DNA of 64,000 bases from positions 1,632,001 through 1,696,000 of the forward strand of contig OZ251997.1 of assembly GCA_965247095.1 (NCBI GenBank). Reading direction: 5' to 3'. Origin of the DNA: Candidatus Multivorans sp. (GTDB taxonomy: Bacteria > Acidobacteriota > Thermoanaerobaculia > Multivoradales > Multivoraceae). Positions 36,881-48,377 of the stretch are shown here, piece by piece. The position numbers were made by a program, and so were the translations under genes. Below the pieces are notes generated by a model. The model worked only from the letters and a program-made list of their open reading frames with translations, made no database searches and was not told the DNA's origin. Positions within the stretch are counted from its first letter, which is position 1, and every line of letters begins with the position of its first letter.

Positions 36881-38236
36881 TCAAGATGCCCGGCGGGACG
36901 CCCGCAACCGCTCGAAGTAGTCGAACGCCGCCCGCTTCACCTTCGGCGCCAGCAGCAGGGTCGCGATCAGGTTCGGCACCGCCATCAACGCGAGGGCCGT
37001 GTCGATCAGGTTGATCACCATGCTGGCGCTCCACCAAGCGCCGAGGAAGATGCCCCCGAGGTAGAACCAGGTGTACAGCCCGTCGTGCTTCGCGCCGAAC
37101 AGGTAGGCGAAGCAGCGCTTGCCGTAGTACGAGTAGCTCACCATCGTCGAGATCGCGAACATCATCACGATCAGTACGAGCAACGCGCGGCCCGTGGTAC
37201 CGAGGGCGCTCTGGACCGCGTCCGCGGTCAGCGAAACGCCGGTGATCTCACCGACGGTCTCCAGGCCGCTGGACAGGATGACGAAGGCGGTCAGGCTGCA
37301 CACGACGATCGTGTCGATGAACGGCCCCAGCATGGCGACCAGGCCCTCGCGCACCGGTTCGTTCGTCTTCGCCGCGCCGTGCGCGATCGGTGCAGTGCCG
37401 AGCCCGGCTTCGTTCGAGAACGCCGCGCGGCGGACGCCGATCATCATGGCCTGCTGGAAGCCGATCCCCATCGCGCCGCCGGCCACGGCGGTGCCGGTGA
37501 AGGCCTCGCGGAAGATGCGGGCGAACACCTCGACGGCCACGTCCGAACGCACGAACAGGACGCAGAGGGCCATGCCCAGGTACAGCAGGCACATCGCGGG
37601 CACGAAGCGAGCCGTCACCGCGCCGATCCGCTCGACGCCGCCGAACGCGACCAGCGCCACCAGGGCCACGCAGCCCACGCCGGCAAGGATCGGATCGAGT
37701 CCGAACTGGGAATTCAGCAGCTCCGCCACCTGGTTGCTCTGGAACATCGGCAGGCAACCGAACAGGCCGAAGGAGCAGAACATGATCGCCAGCGGCCGGA
37801 ACTTCTTTCCCAGGCCAAGTTCGATCGTGTACATCGGACCGCCCTGGAGCGTGCCCCGTTCGTCCCGGCCACGGTAGATCTGCGACAGGGTGCAGGAACA
37901 GAACTTGGTCCCCATGCCGACGACCGCCGCCACCCACATCCAGAACACGGCGCCGGCGCCGCCCTGGGTCACGGCGATCGCCACGCCGCCGATGTTGCCG
38001 ACGCCGATGGTCGCCGCCAGCGCCGTGGACAGGGCCTGGAAGTGGCTGATGTGTCCCGGATCGTCGTCGGAGTCGTACTTCCCGAGGGTGACGGCCGTGG
38101 CGTGCCCCATGTGGAAAAGAGGCCGCAGGCGCAGATAGAGGCAGAAGAAGGCCCCCGAACCGATCAGCAGGACGACCAGGGGCATGCCCCAGGCGTACCC
38201 GACGACGACCTGCAGGAAGTTGTCTAGCGCCTGCAA
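36881..38236 (-). CDS. Alanine/glycine:cation symporter (AGCS family)
   Basis: ATIGVGNIGGVA, GAVFWMW, FSNEAGLG and FIDTIVVC motifs. Confidence 0.93.
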   Translation of the reverse strand: MQALDNFLQVVVGYAWGMPLVVLLIGSGAFFCLYLRLRPLFHMGHATAVTLGKYDSDDDPGHISHFQALSTALAATIGVGNIGGVAIAVTQGGAGAVFWMWVAAVVGMGTKFCSCTLSQIYRGRDERGTLQGGPMYTIELGLGKKFRPLAIMFCSFGLFGCLPMFQSNQVAELLNSQFGLDPILAGVGCVALVALVAFGGVERIGAVTARFVPAMCLLYLGMALCVLFVRSDVAVEVFARIFREAFTGTAVAGGAMGIGFQQAMMIGVRRAAFSNEAGLGTAPIAHGAAKTNEPVREGLVAMLGPFIDTIVVCSLTAFVILSSGLETVGEITGVSLTADAVQSALGTTGRALLVLIVMMFAISTMVSYSYYGKRCFAYLFGAKHDGLYTWFYLGGIFLGAWWSASMVINLIDTALALMAVPNLIATLLLAPKVKRAAFDYFERLRASRRAS

Positions 38237-38293
38237 ACGATCACGTCCTGCTCACCGCCAGGTGTCCGCCCCGGCACTCCGCTTCCGAACACT

Positions 38294-39817
38294 TCACTCG
38301 ACGACGTCCAGACTCAGCGGATCCCTCGCCGGCAGCATGGTGACCCCGCCGCCGATCTTCTCCGCAATCTCCACCATCGTGGCCCGGCCGTCGCTGTCGC
38401 CCGGCTCGATCGCCTCCCAGTCGCCGACGATCAGCATGACGAGCTTGTCCGGCGAGAGGTACCGCTCCGCCACCCGCTGCACGTCCGCCGGCGTCACTGC
38501 CTCGACGTTCTGGCGGTACGTCCGCCAGTAGCTGTGAGGCCGGCCCAGGAACTCGTCCTGGGCGAACAGGGACGCCACCGCCAGCGCCGATTCGAAGTTG
38601 CTTGGGAAGGTTTCGATCGCGGACGCCTTCATGGTCGCCAACTCGTCTTCCGAGACCCGTTCCGTGCGAATCCGATCGATCTCCTCAAGCGCGATCTGGG
38701 CCGCGAAGGCCACTGTCTCGCTCTTTGACTGATACCCGATCAGGAAGTCCCCCGGCCAGTAGTCGCCGGCTCCGTAGACCGAGAACACGTTGTAGGCCAG
38801 CCCCTCATCGGAACGAATCCGCTTGATCAAGCGCGAAGTGAACCCGCCGCCGCCGAGGACCGCGTTCATCGTCTCCAAAGCGAACAGGTCGGGGTCGCTC
38901 CAATTCCGTAGTTGGAAGGTCCGATGACCAATGTAGACGCGACCTTGGGGCACGTCCTGCGTGGCAACGTAGACCCCCGGGCTCCGCGCTGCGTACTGAG
39001 GCGCCTGCGGCGGCCAAGGCGCCTGTTCACGGCCGTCCTCGGGCCAGCTGTCAAGTAGCGCCGATAGCGTGGCCGCCAACTCGTCGCTGTCGAAGTCGCC
39101 CGCAGCGGCCACGATCATCTGTTTCGGATGCACGTAGCGCCGGTGAAACCCGACCAGATCGTCACGCCCGATCGCATCGAGAGAGGCGCTCGTATCCAGG
39201 CGCGATTCGACGTGGTCCATTCCGTAGAGCAGCCACTGCCATTCCCTGAGCGCGACCTCGAACGGATCGTCGTTCCGCTGTTTCAGGCGCTCCAGCCGGT
39301 TCTCCTTGGCAAGATCGAGCCGTTCCACATCGAAAAGGGGTTCGCTCAACATGGAGAAGAACAGGTCGAGACACTCGTCGAGCACCGTCGACAGGCAGTT
39401 CATCGACATCCGGGCGCCGGTGCTCCCGATTGAGGACGAGAAGTTGCCGGCCACCGCTTCCACCGCCTCGTCGAAGGCCTTTGCTTCGAGTTCGCCGGCG
39501 CCGCCCGTTCGCATCAGGGTGCCGGTGAGGCCGGCCAGCCCCGTCTGCTCAGCCGGCGCCAGGTAGGCGCCGATGCGGAGGCGCACTGTGATGTCGACCA
39601 GCGGCAGCGCGTGATCTTCCACCAAGTAGGCGGGAACGCCGCCCGCGAGTTCGCGCCGGTAGGAGTCCGCGTCCGGAAGGTCGAAGTCGAGCGGGCCGTA
39701 GGTCAGGTCCCGGGGATGTCCGACGATCTCAGCAGAAGCCTGCGCGCCGGCGGAGGACACCCCGCCGAAGAAGACCCCCGCAAGAAGAACAGCACTCACG
39801 AAACGGCGGCCGATCAC
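38294..39817 (-). CDS. M16 peptidase, non-catalytic-type subunit
   Basis: GGGGFTSRL...IR...GLAY motif; no HxxEH. Confidence 0.9.
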   Translation of the reverse strand: MIGRRFVSAVLLAGVFFGGVSSAGAQASAEIVGHPRDLTYGPLDFDLPDADSYRRELAGGVPAYLVEDHALPLVDITVRLRIGAYLAPAEQTGLAGLTGTLMRTGGAGELEAKAFDEAVEAVAGNFSSSIGSTGARMSMNCLSTVLDECLDLFFSMLSEPLFDVERLDLAKENRLERLKQRNDDPFEVALREWQWLLYGMDHVESRLDTSASLDAIGRDDLVGFHRRYVHPKQMIVAAAGDFDSDELAATLSALLDSWPEDGREQAPWPPQAPQYAARSPGVYVATQDVPQGRVYIGHRTFQLRNWSDPDLFALETMNAVLGGGGFTSRLIKRIRSDEGLAYNVFSVYGAGDYWPGDFLIGYQSKSETVAFAAQIALEEIDRIRTERVSEDELATMKASAIETFPSNFESALAVASLFAQDEFLGRPHSYWRTYRQNVEAVTPADVQRVAERYLSPDKLVMLIVGDWEAIEPGDSDGRATMVEIAEKIGGGVTMLPARDPLSLDVVE

Positions 39818-41649
39818 TGCTCACCCCCTTCTTCCGCGTCCTGCAACTCGGCCAGCCGTTCTTCGATCACGCCCACCATCCAATCCAGCGCCGGTCGCAT
39901 CTCTTCCGGCACCTGGCCGGCCTGGGCCTCCATCTGCTGAAGAGCCGCTTCGAGCTGCGCCGGGTCCTCGATCGCGGCGATTGCCTTCGCCTGGGAGATC
40001 AGAGCCGTCCGCATCTCCGGCGGCAAAGCCTCCAGTTCGGTCGGCGTCTCCGTGACTTCGGCGCCCTCCTTCCGGTAGTAGAGGCTGACCAGCCGGCTGG
40101 AGGGTTCGAAGTACTTCGCGGCCACCCGCTGCACGTCCTCCGCCGTGACCTGGTTCGTGCGCTCCGCCACCGTGTTGAAGTAGCGCCAGTCGCCCAGCGC
40201 GTCGCCGATCGCCAACTGGATCATCAGGAAGAACGGATCCCGGAGTTGCCGGTACGTATCCGCCGACACCCGGTTCTTGACCTTGGACAGCTCGTCCTCC
40301 GGCACCGGTTCGGCGATCAGTTCCGCCACGACCTGGTCCCAGGCCGCCAGGAGCTGCTCGGGCGTCGCCTCACCCTTCGTCTCGGCCTGCAGGTTGAAGA
40401 TGCCGGCATACTTCCTCGCCTCGTAGGAGGCGCTGGCGCGGGACGCGATCTCCTCGCCTTCGACGATCTCTTCGTACAGGCGTCCGGTGCGGCCATTGAG
40501 GACGGCCGCGATCACGTCGAGCGCGTACCCGTCGGCGTGTCCAAACGGCACCGCGTGGTACCGGAGCTGAAGTTGCGGCTGGCAGTCGCACTCGGCGGTG
40601 AGCCGTTTCTCGGCCAGTTGCTCGACCTCGAGCGTGACGACGTCCGGGACCTCATGCTCGCTCCGCTCCAGGCGGCCGAAGTAGCGTTCGGCCAGTTCCC
40701 GGACCTCGGCTGCATCGAAGTTGCCGACCAGCACCGCGGTCAGGTTGTTCGGGGCGTAGTAGGCGCCGAAGAACTCGTCGGCCTGGGCCTTGCTGATCAC
40801 TTCGAGGTCGGACGGCCACCCCACCACCGGCCAACTGTAGGGGTGGGACTGCCAGAACATGGCGTCCGCCTGCTCGTCGTAGCGGCCCGTCGGCGTCGAC
40901 TCGGTGCGCAGACGCCTCTCCTCGTAGACCACGTCGCGCTCGGAGTAGAACTCCCGGAACACCGGATTCAGCAGCCGGTCGGACTCGAGCCAGAACCAGA
41001 GTTCGAGCCTGTTCGCCGGCAACTGGTTGATGTAGACCGTGAAGTCCTCGCTGGTGAAGGCGTTCAGGCTCGTGCCGCCGCCGTCGGTGTAGACCTTGTC
41101 CAGCTCGTCCTTCACCATGAGCTCTCGCTGCTCCTCGACGAGTTCCTGGAACTCGGCACGCAGGGCGTTCAGGGTGTCGGTGCGGTGGGCCGGGTCGTAG
41201 GGGTCGTCGATCTCGCCCAGCCTGTAGCGGCGGCGCTGCTCGCGCAGTGCGGCGCGGATCTTCTCCTGGACCGCCTCCTGTTCCGCGATGATCTCGAGGT
41301 CCCGCTCGATGTCCTTGGTGCCGATCGTGTGCGTGCCCTTGAACATCATGTGCTCGAAGAAGTGGGCGAGGCCGGTGATTCCCGGCCGCTCGTTCGCCGA
41401 ACCGACATGGGCCGCCCAGGCGGCCGCCACCGTGGTCAGCTCCGGGCGCCGCACGAGCAGGAAGCGCATGCCGTTGTCGAGTTCGAACTCCTCGACCGGC
41501 ACCGCCGCCGCGGTCGCCGCGTCCTCCTGAGCGGACACACTCGAAGGCGAGAAGGCCAACGACGCCAGGGCGGCGACCAGCACCATGGCGAGTCCACGAA
41601 CGATGGATGCAGAGGGCAGACCTGCTCTGCTGCCGGGTGGTTTCCTCAC
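39814..41649 (-). CDS. M16 zinc peptidase (catalytic)
   Basis: GLAHFFEHMMFKG, NAFTS.D.T and ERDVVYEERR motifs; GTG 41649 after GGAGG. Confidence 0.93.
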   Translation of the reverse strand: MRKPPGSRAGLPSASIVRGLAMVLVAALASLAFSPSSVSAQEDAATAAAVPVEEFELDNGMRFLLVRRPELTTVAAAWAAHVGSANERPGITGLAHFFEHMMFKGTHTIGTKDIERDLEIIAEQEAVQEKIRAALREQRRRYRLGEIDDPYDPAHRTDTLNALRAEFQELVEEQRELMVKDELDKVYTDGGGTSLNAFTSEDFTVYINQLPANRLELWFWLESDRLLNPVFREFYSERDVVYEERRLRTESTPTGRYDEQADAMFWQSHPYSWPVVGWPSDLEVISKAQADEFFGAYYAPNNLTAVLVGNFDAAEVRELAERYFGRLERSEHEVPDVVTLEVEQLAEKRLTAECDCQPQLQLRYHAVPFGHADGYALDVIAAVLNGRTGRLYEEIVEGEEIASRASASYEARKYAGIFNLQAETKGEATPEQLLAAWDQVVAELIAEPVPEDELSKVKNRVSADTYRQLRDPFFLMIQLAIGDALGDWRYFNTVAERTNQVTAEDVQRVAAKYFEPSSRLVSLYYRKEGAEVTETPTELEALPPEMRTALISQAKAIAAIEDPAQLEAALQQMEAQAGQVPEEMRPALDWMVGVIEERLAELQDAEEGGEQ

Positions 41650-41788
41650 AGACGGTCCTCCCTCTTCCTTCGTGACTTCCCGTAGACCCACGGGGCGTCC
41701 TTCCAACGTAGAGCCCAGCGACTCTACCGCTTCCACTCGATTCCTCCGCTCTCACCCGCCGGACTGTCAAACGAACTGTCAGAGACGG

Positions 41789-41818
41789 TTGACATTCGGC
41801 CGCCAACTGCTCTACTGT
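41789..41818 (+). promoter_or_regulatory. Sigma70-type promoter of groESL
   Basis: TTGACA (41789) - 18 bp - TACTGT (41813). Confidence 0.7.
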
Positions 41819-41844
41819 TAGCACTCGTCCGGTTTGAGTGCTAA
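41818..41844. promoter_or_regulatory. CIRCE element (HrcA operator)
   Basis: Perfect TTAGCACTC-N9-GAGTGCTAA. Confidence 0.97.
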
Positions 41845-41971
41845 CAGCACTCCTGCCGAATGGCCGGGAAACGGGACGGAAACGGCAGCCACGAACGCCA
41901 AGGGCGAGCGGGCCCCGGATGGTCCGAACGACTCCCATGTTGAACACCAAGCAAGAAGGAGGAAAGTACTG

Positions 41972-42259
41972 GTGAGTGTACGTCCGCTTCACGATCGGGT
42001 CCTCGTCAAAAGGCTCGAAGAGGAAGAGCAGGTTCGGGGGGGAATCATCATCCCGGACGCTGCCAAGGAGAAGCCGCAGGAGGCCGAAGTAGTTGCCGTC
42101 GGCCCCGGCAAGATGCAGGACAACGGCGAGCGCGCGGCGATGGACGTCAGCGTCGGCGACCGCGTTCTGATCGGCAAGTACTCGGGCAGCGACATCAAGA
42201 TCGACGACGAAGACATGGTCATCCTGCGCGAGGACGAGATCCTCGCGGTTGTGGGATAG
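41972..42259 (+). CDS. groES: Co-chaperonin GroES
   Basis: [23 protein letters not shown]; AGGAGG RBS before GTG. Confidence 0.98.
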   Translation: MSVRPLHDRVLVKRLEEEEQVRGGIIIPDAAKEKPQEAEVVAVGPGKMQDNGERAAMDVSVGDRVLIGKYSGSDIKIDDEDMVILREDEILAVVG

Positions 42260-43936
<1,677 letters not shown>

Positions 43937-43958
43937 GCGATCGACCTTCAAGGTCGGC

Positions 43959-44030
43959 GTGCCATCCCAGCGCCCGATGACGGGCGCTCGGACTGGTTCA
44001 CGGGTGGCGCGGCTCGCGCCACCCGGGTCC
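43959..44030 (-). repeat. Double-hairpin REP-like repeat, copy 7 (groEL 3' UTR)
   Basis: GTGCCATCCCAGCGCCCG-ATGA-CGGGCGCTCGGA-CTGGTTCAC-GGGTGGCGCG-GCT-CGCGCCACCC. Confidence 0.85.
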
Positions 44031-44043
44031 TACGGAACGAATC

Positions 44044-44077
44044 AAGGGCGGCCCTTCGGGGTCGCCCTTTTCGTTTT
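44044..44077 (+). terminator. Rho-independent terminator of groESL
   Basis: AAGGGCGGCCC-TTCG-GGGTCGCCCTT followed by TTCGTTTT. Confidence 0.85.
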
Positions 44078-44098
44078 GTCCGTGGTGGGCCGCGGAAC

Positions 44099-44833
44099 CT
44101 AGTCGCCTATGGCGCCCTTCGGCGTCGGAACCGGCAGCCGCGAGGTCGACAGGACCACGCGAACGAGTTCAGCCTGTCTGGAGCACCAGGTCTTGGAGAG
44201 GGCCTGCTTGACCAGTTGACGAACCGACTCGGGCTTCCGATTCGTGGCCCGCGCGATGTCGGCCACTGTCTTGCCTTCGGCCAGAGAGGCCGCGACGGCC
44301 TGCCTGCGACACCAGGTCTTGGCCAGTGCCCGCTTGACCAACCAGCGAATCGTCTGGGGAGACCGGTCCGTAGCTCCGGCAATCTCGTTCACCATTCTTC
44401 CCTCGGCCAGCGATGCCGCGACACCGCTCTCCGCGGGTGTCAGGCCCAGAGACGTGCCAACCTGTTCCGGATCCACCGGAATCCTGACCCACGGATCGAC
44501 GATCGTCACCAGAACTGCCACGATCGAGCCGCCATCCGGGGCGAGAGGGACAGAGTTGACATGAACGGTCAAGGGTCGTTGGCCCGGCCACGCACCGAGG
44601 ACGGCCGACGTACCGACCCCGGGGACAGCAGATCCATCGAGTGCGGCCTGCAGCAGACGCTCGAAGACAGCAGCGTCGTCGGGGCGATGAGTACCCAGCC
44701 GTCCATTCCGCTCGCGCAGACCGCCGTCCGCGCCAAACACTTCCCGCGCCCGAGCGTTCGATTCGACGATCACGCCACGGTGGTCGAGACAGATCAGCCC
44801 CACAAGGGTCTGATCCACCAGGGCGCCAGCCAC
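44099..44833 (-). CDS. PAS-like plus tandem LuxR-type HTH regulator (possibly 5'-truncated)
   Basis: LGLTPAE..VA.SLAEG motif; a 42-aa HTH segment occurs twice. Confidence 0.75.
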   Translation of the reverse strand: MAGALVDQTLVGLICLDHRGVIVESNARAREVFGADGGLRERNGRLGTHRPDDAAVFERLLQAALDGSAVPGVGTSAVLGAWPGQRPLTVHVNSVPLAPDGGSIVAVLVTIVDPWVRIPVDPEQVGTSLGLTPAESGVAASLAEGRMVNEIAGATDRSPQTIRWLVKRALAKTWCRRQAVAASLAEGKTVADIARATNRKPESVRQLVKQALSKTWCSRQAELVRVVLSTSRLPVPTPKGAIGD

Positions 44834-44881
44834 CCCTCAAAGCTCGCTGGATGGGCGCCCGGATTGACCGCCGGACACCCC

Positions 44882-44911
44882 TTCTCTACCAACAGATTCT
44901 CTACCAACAGA
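44882..44911. repeat. Perfect 2 x 15-bp tandem repeat
   Basis: TTCTCTACCAACAGA twice. Confidence 0.8.
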
Positions 44912-45123
44912 CATTGACCCCCCCCGGCGTGGGGCACCGTTTCACTGGAACAAAGATCCCCGGATCGCAACACCCGCTTTGAATGCTCGGCGTCTACTGG
45001 CTCCCGGTTCTCTGTGCGTGACAAGGTTAGTGAACCTGAAGCCGATCCACCGGCCCGGGAACGTCCACTAACGGACAGTTCGCGGCGACCAGCGGACACG
45101 ACGCCGTCGCGCCCTCGCCCGCC

Positions 45124-45987
45124 TCAGGAGCCGCCACCCGCACGGCGACCGCCGCCCAGCAAGGCCGCGATCACCTCGTCGACCGACACGCTATCCGGCT
45201 CGCCCTGGAACCCGCCCAGCCGGCGGTAGGCCTCAGCCGCAGCCCGGTGGAAGCCCTCGGGAAGCCCCACCGCCGCCAACGTGTCGGCGATCTCGTCCAT
45301 CTCGCCGGCAAAACGCCATGCCTTCGGGGCCGTCGCCGACGCCGACCTCACACTTCGCTTCTCCAATCCCGGCTGAGACCGGGCCCATTCCCCGAGCAGG
45401 CCGTCCTCGACGCCGTAGGCGCGCGCCGCGGCGCGAAGCGACACGAGCAGGGCCGCGCTGCCCTTGGTGAAGCCGGCGTAGCACATCTTGAGCGCCGAAG
45501 CGGCGCCGATCTCCGCCTCGAGGTCGATGGCCTCGAGCGCCGAACCGCCGAACAGAGCCGCCATCTCCGGCGCACCGTCGCCGGAGAGATAGAGCCGCGT
45601 CGTGCCGGGCCGAACTGCGGGCGGGCCGACGATGCCGCCGTCCACGAAGCGGGCGCCGCCCTGCGTGGCGGCCTCCGCGACCTCGCGGGCGGTGGCGGGA
45701 GAGACCGCATTCGCATCGAGGTAGAGACCGTCGTAGCCGGTCGCGGCGACCGCCTCGGCGAGCGCCAGGGCGCCGTGCGGCGGGCAGACCGACACCACCG
45801 CGTCGGCCGCCGCGGTCACCGCGCCGAGCGTCTCCAGGTCCTCGAAGCCGGCGCCTTCGGCCCGGGCTCGGGTGGCGCTACTTCGCCCTTCGGACGCCCA
45901 CACGACCCGCACCGGCGCCGCCACCGCGGCGCCGACGGTGGCGCCCATCGCTCCAGGATGGAGCTGGCCGACAGTGGCGATGGTCAA
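45124..45987 (-). CDS. NAD(P)-dependent oxidoreductase (6PGDH/HIBADH-like, DUF1932)
   Basis: LHPGAMG, DANAVSP, DGGIVGPP, ASALKMCYA and KAWRFAGEM.EI motifs; TTG start overlaps the upstream stop. Confidence 0.88.
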   Translation of the reverse strand: MTIATVGQLHPGAMGATVGAAVAAPVRVVWASEGRSSATRARAEGAGFEDLETLGAVTAAADAVVSVCPPHGALALAEAVAATGYDGLYLDANAVSPATAREVAEAATQGGARFVDGGIVGPPAVRPGTTRLYLSGDGAPEMAALFGGSALEAIDLEAEIGAASALKMCYAGFTKGSAALLVSLRAAARAYGVEDGLLGEWARSQPGLEKRSVRSASATAPKAWRFAGEMDEIADTLAAVGLPEGFHRAAAEAYRRLGGFQGEPDSVSVDEVIAALLGGGRRAGGGS

Positions 45988-47075
45988 GGGATCGCTTGCC
46001 GAGCTTCGGCTGGCGTCAACCCGAGTGGCGCGATCCGCGCCACCCGTGAACCAGTCCGTGCACCCGTCTCGGGCGCACGGATGGCACCGCCCGAAGTCTC
46101 CGCCGCCCTGGCGGCCGCCTCGGCATCCTCCGCGCGGGCGCCCGAGAGCAGGTTGTACATGCCGTAGTTGCCTTCGTGGCACGCGTACTCGAACATCGGC
46201 AACGGGTTTCTCGTCATCGGCACGACGGCGGTCCACGGCCGGGAAAACGACTCCAGGTCCTCGATCGTGTACTCGTAGACCAGCGGATCCTCCCCCGCCC
46301 GGGTGAACCGCTCGGTCAGACGCATGTTCGGGCCCGAACCCCGGAAGCTGGTCTGATCGGTGAAGTTCGTCGTCACGACGACCAGGGTGTCGCCCTCCCA
46401 GTGTCCCCGGGAATCGCCGCGCCACTGGCGGACATCCCCGGGTAGCGGCGCGCGCCCGTCGAGGGGCACGATGCGTGAGTCGTGGACCATTTCGACCAGC
46501 AGCACGACCGTGTGCTCGGTCTGGAAGATCTGAACGTTGTTGTTGTAGGCACTGGGGCTCATCGGCGGTCCGGCATTGAAGCCGAGGATGCAGCGCTCGG
46601 CGACGCCCCGGTCTTCCGGGCCGTGCGCCGGCCGGCGCCGCGCCGCCGTCCGCTCGGCGATCCGGCCCTTCGCAGCATCCGTCAGTTCGGGAATCCGGCC
46701 GTCCGGAGGATCGACGATCAGCGATGTCCGCCGGTCGTCCGTCAGCTTGTCGCCGTAGTCCCACCAGAACTGGTTGTAGGCGTTCGCTACGTCGGCCTGC
46801 GCGGACAGGCCATCGTCGGTGCGGCGATCCTTGTTCCGCCGCGCCAGCGTCTGCTCTTCGAAGTCGCTGGCCTCCTCCTCGCTGAGCTGCTCCCGCTCGC
46901 CAAACTCCTCGGGGCGCTCCAGCGGAGTGATCGTGCGGAAGTCCCAGACTCCTCGCAGGTCGGGTGCATCCCAGGGCGTGCGCACCAACTCCGAGGACTC
47001 CGTCTGCGCGACGAGGGGCGACGAGACCAGCAAGGCCGCCGCGAGCACACCGATCGACACTCTCTGCTTGCTCAT
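45984..47075 (-). CDS. Secreted hypothetical protein (PDLxGxW...YACHEGN family)
   Basis: Start MSKQRV after GGAGG; PDLRGVW, ERCILG and FEYACHEGNY motifs. Confidence 0.88.
   Translation of the reverse strand: MSKQRVSIGVLAAALLVSSPLVAQTESSELVRTPWDAPDLRGVWDFRTITPLERPEEFGEREQLSEEEASDFEEQTLARRNKDRRTDDGLSAQADVANAYNQFWWDYGDKLTDDRRTSLIVDPPDGRIPELTDAAKGRIAERTAARRRPAHGPEDRGVAERCILGFNAGPPMSPSAYNNNVQIFQTEHTVVLLVEMVHDSRIVPLDGRAPLPGDVRQWRGDSRGHWEGDTLVVVTTNFTDQTSFRGSGPNMRLTERFTRAGEDPLVYEYTIEDLESFSRPWTAVVPMTRNPLPMFEYACHEGNYGMYNLLSGARAEDAEAAARAAETSGGAIRAPETGARTGSRVARIAPLGLTPAEARQAIP
46018..46087 (+). repeat. Double-hairpin REP-like repeat, copy 8 (in-frame in C-terminus)
   Basis: GAGTGGCGCG-ATC-CGCGCCACCC, GTGAACCAG, TCCGTGCACCCG-TCT-CGGGCGCACGGA-TGGCAC. 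Confidence 0.85.
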
Positions 47076-47104
47076 GCGAGTTCCTCCCAGACGTTTCCGG
47101 CAGT

Positions 47105-48373
47105 TTAGCGGTGACCCGCGAACAGTGACCGGTCCGGCGGCCTGCAGTACCAGATCGACACAGCGCCCAGGAGGGCAAGGACGACGAGAACCCAGAGCGT
47201 GCCGGCGTAGGATCCGGTGCGGTCGGCGGCAGCGCCCGCCCATGTCGGACCCACATAGCCGAGAACTCCAATCAGCGCGATCCGCACACCAGAAGTGCCG
47301 ACGAACGCGGCTCGCCCGAAGAACTCGGCGAACACGACCGGCGTGCTGGTGTAGGCGGCGCCGTAGGCAACTCCCAGGGCGAAGACGCAGGGATAGGCGA
47401 TCAGGGCCGTGTCGGCAGAGACGAGAAAGGCCAGGCCGACCGCGTTGACGATCAGGGCGAGTGCCAGGACTCGGGTCGGCGCCATGAAGTCGCCTAGAGA
47501 ACCGGTCAGCCGACCGAACGAGCTGGCGCCTACCCGGACACCGAGAATCGCTCCAGCCGCAGTCGTGCCAAAGTCCAGATCCTCCAGGTGCAACGCACCG
47601 TGCGCCGTCATCACGCGCCATGGAATGGTATTCGTCGCAGCCGCGAAACTGGCGATCCAGAAGTGGGGAGTCCGAACCGCTCCGAGTACGGTTCCCCGCG
47701 GCGCTTTCGCCGCCCGGGCCTTCCCCTCACTCGGATCCTCAACAGCTCGGCCGTCGCGCCGCTGGCCGAGGTCGCTCGGTTGGTTGCGAATGAACAGGGC
47801 AGCGATCACGGCCACCAGCACCGAGACACCGGCGATGATCTGCCAGCCGGTACGCCAGTCCCAGTGGCGCAGGATGAGGGCGTCGACCGGCGTCACCAGG
47901 CCGCCCACGATTCCAGCACCCAGAAGGATCACGGCGGTGGCCCGGGCCCGATACGTGCGGAACCAGAACACGGGCAGCGACTGCGCCGGCAGCAGAGTCG
48001 AAAAGCCGATGCCCAGGCCACCGATCAAGGAGTAGCCGATGTAGAGCTCCGGCGCCGACTCCGCGCGGCTTACCATCCAGAAACCGGCCGCAGCGAGCAG
48101 CGCGCCGCCGGTGACCGTAGTGCGGACACCGACGCGCCGGATGGCGACTGCCGCCACCGGACTGGCCAAGGCGAAAGCCACGGTGAAGGCCCCGAACATC
48201 TGGCCGATCTGTTGTCGCGACAGGCCGAGTTCCGCGATCAGCTCGGGGGCGAAGAAGCCCCAACTGTAGTAGGCCGGGCCGATCCCCAGACCGTAGATCA
48301 GGAAGCCGACCCCGACCATGTGCCAGCCGTAGAAACTCGGCCGGAAGAGCCGCCGAATGTTCAGGGACGGCAA
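47105..48373 (-). CDS. MFS transporter
   Basis: FYGWHMV start motif; about 12 hydrophobic segments; start approximate. Confidence 0.88.
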   Translation of the reverse strand: MPSLNIRRLFRPSFYGWHMVGVGFLIYGLGIGPAYYSWGFFAPELIAELGLSRQQIGQMFGAFTVAFALASPVAAVAIRRVGVRTTVTGGALLAAAGFWMVSRAESAPELYIGYSLIGGLGIGFSTLLPAQSLPVFWFRTYRARATAVILLGAGIVGGLVTPVDALILRHWDWRTGWQIIAGVSVLVAVIAALFIRNQPSDLGQRRDGRAVEDPSEGKARAAKAPRGTVLGAVRTPHFWIASFAAATNTIPWRVMTAHGALHLEDLDFGTTAAGAILGVRVGASSFGRLTGSLGDFMAPTRVLALALIVNAVGLAFLVSADTALIAYPCVFALGVAYGAAYTSTPVVFAEFFGRAAFVGTSGVRIALIGVLGYVGPTWAGAAADRTGSYAGTLWVLVVLALLGAVSIWYCRPPDRSLFAGHR

Positions 48374-48377
48374 ACGC

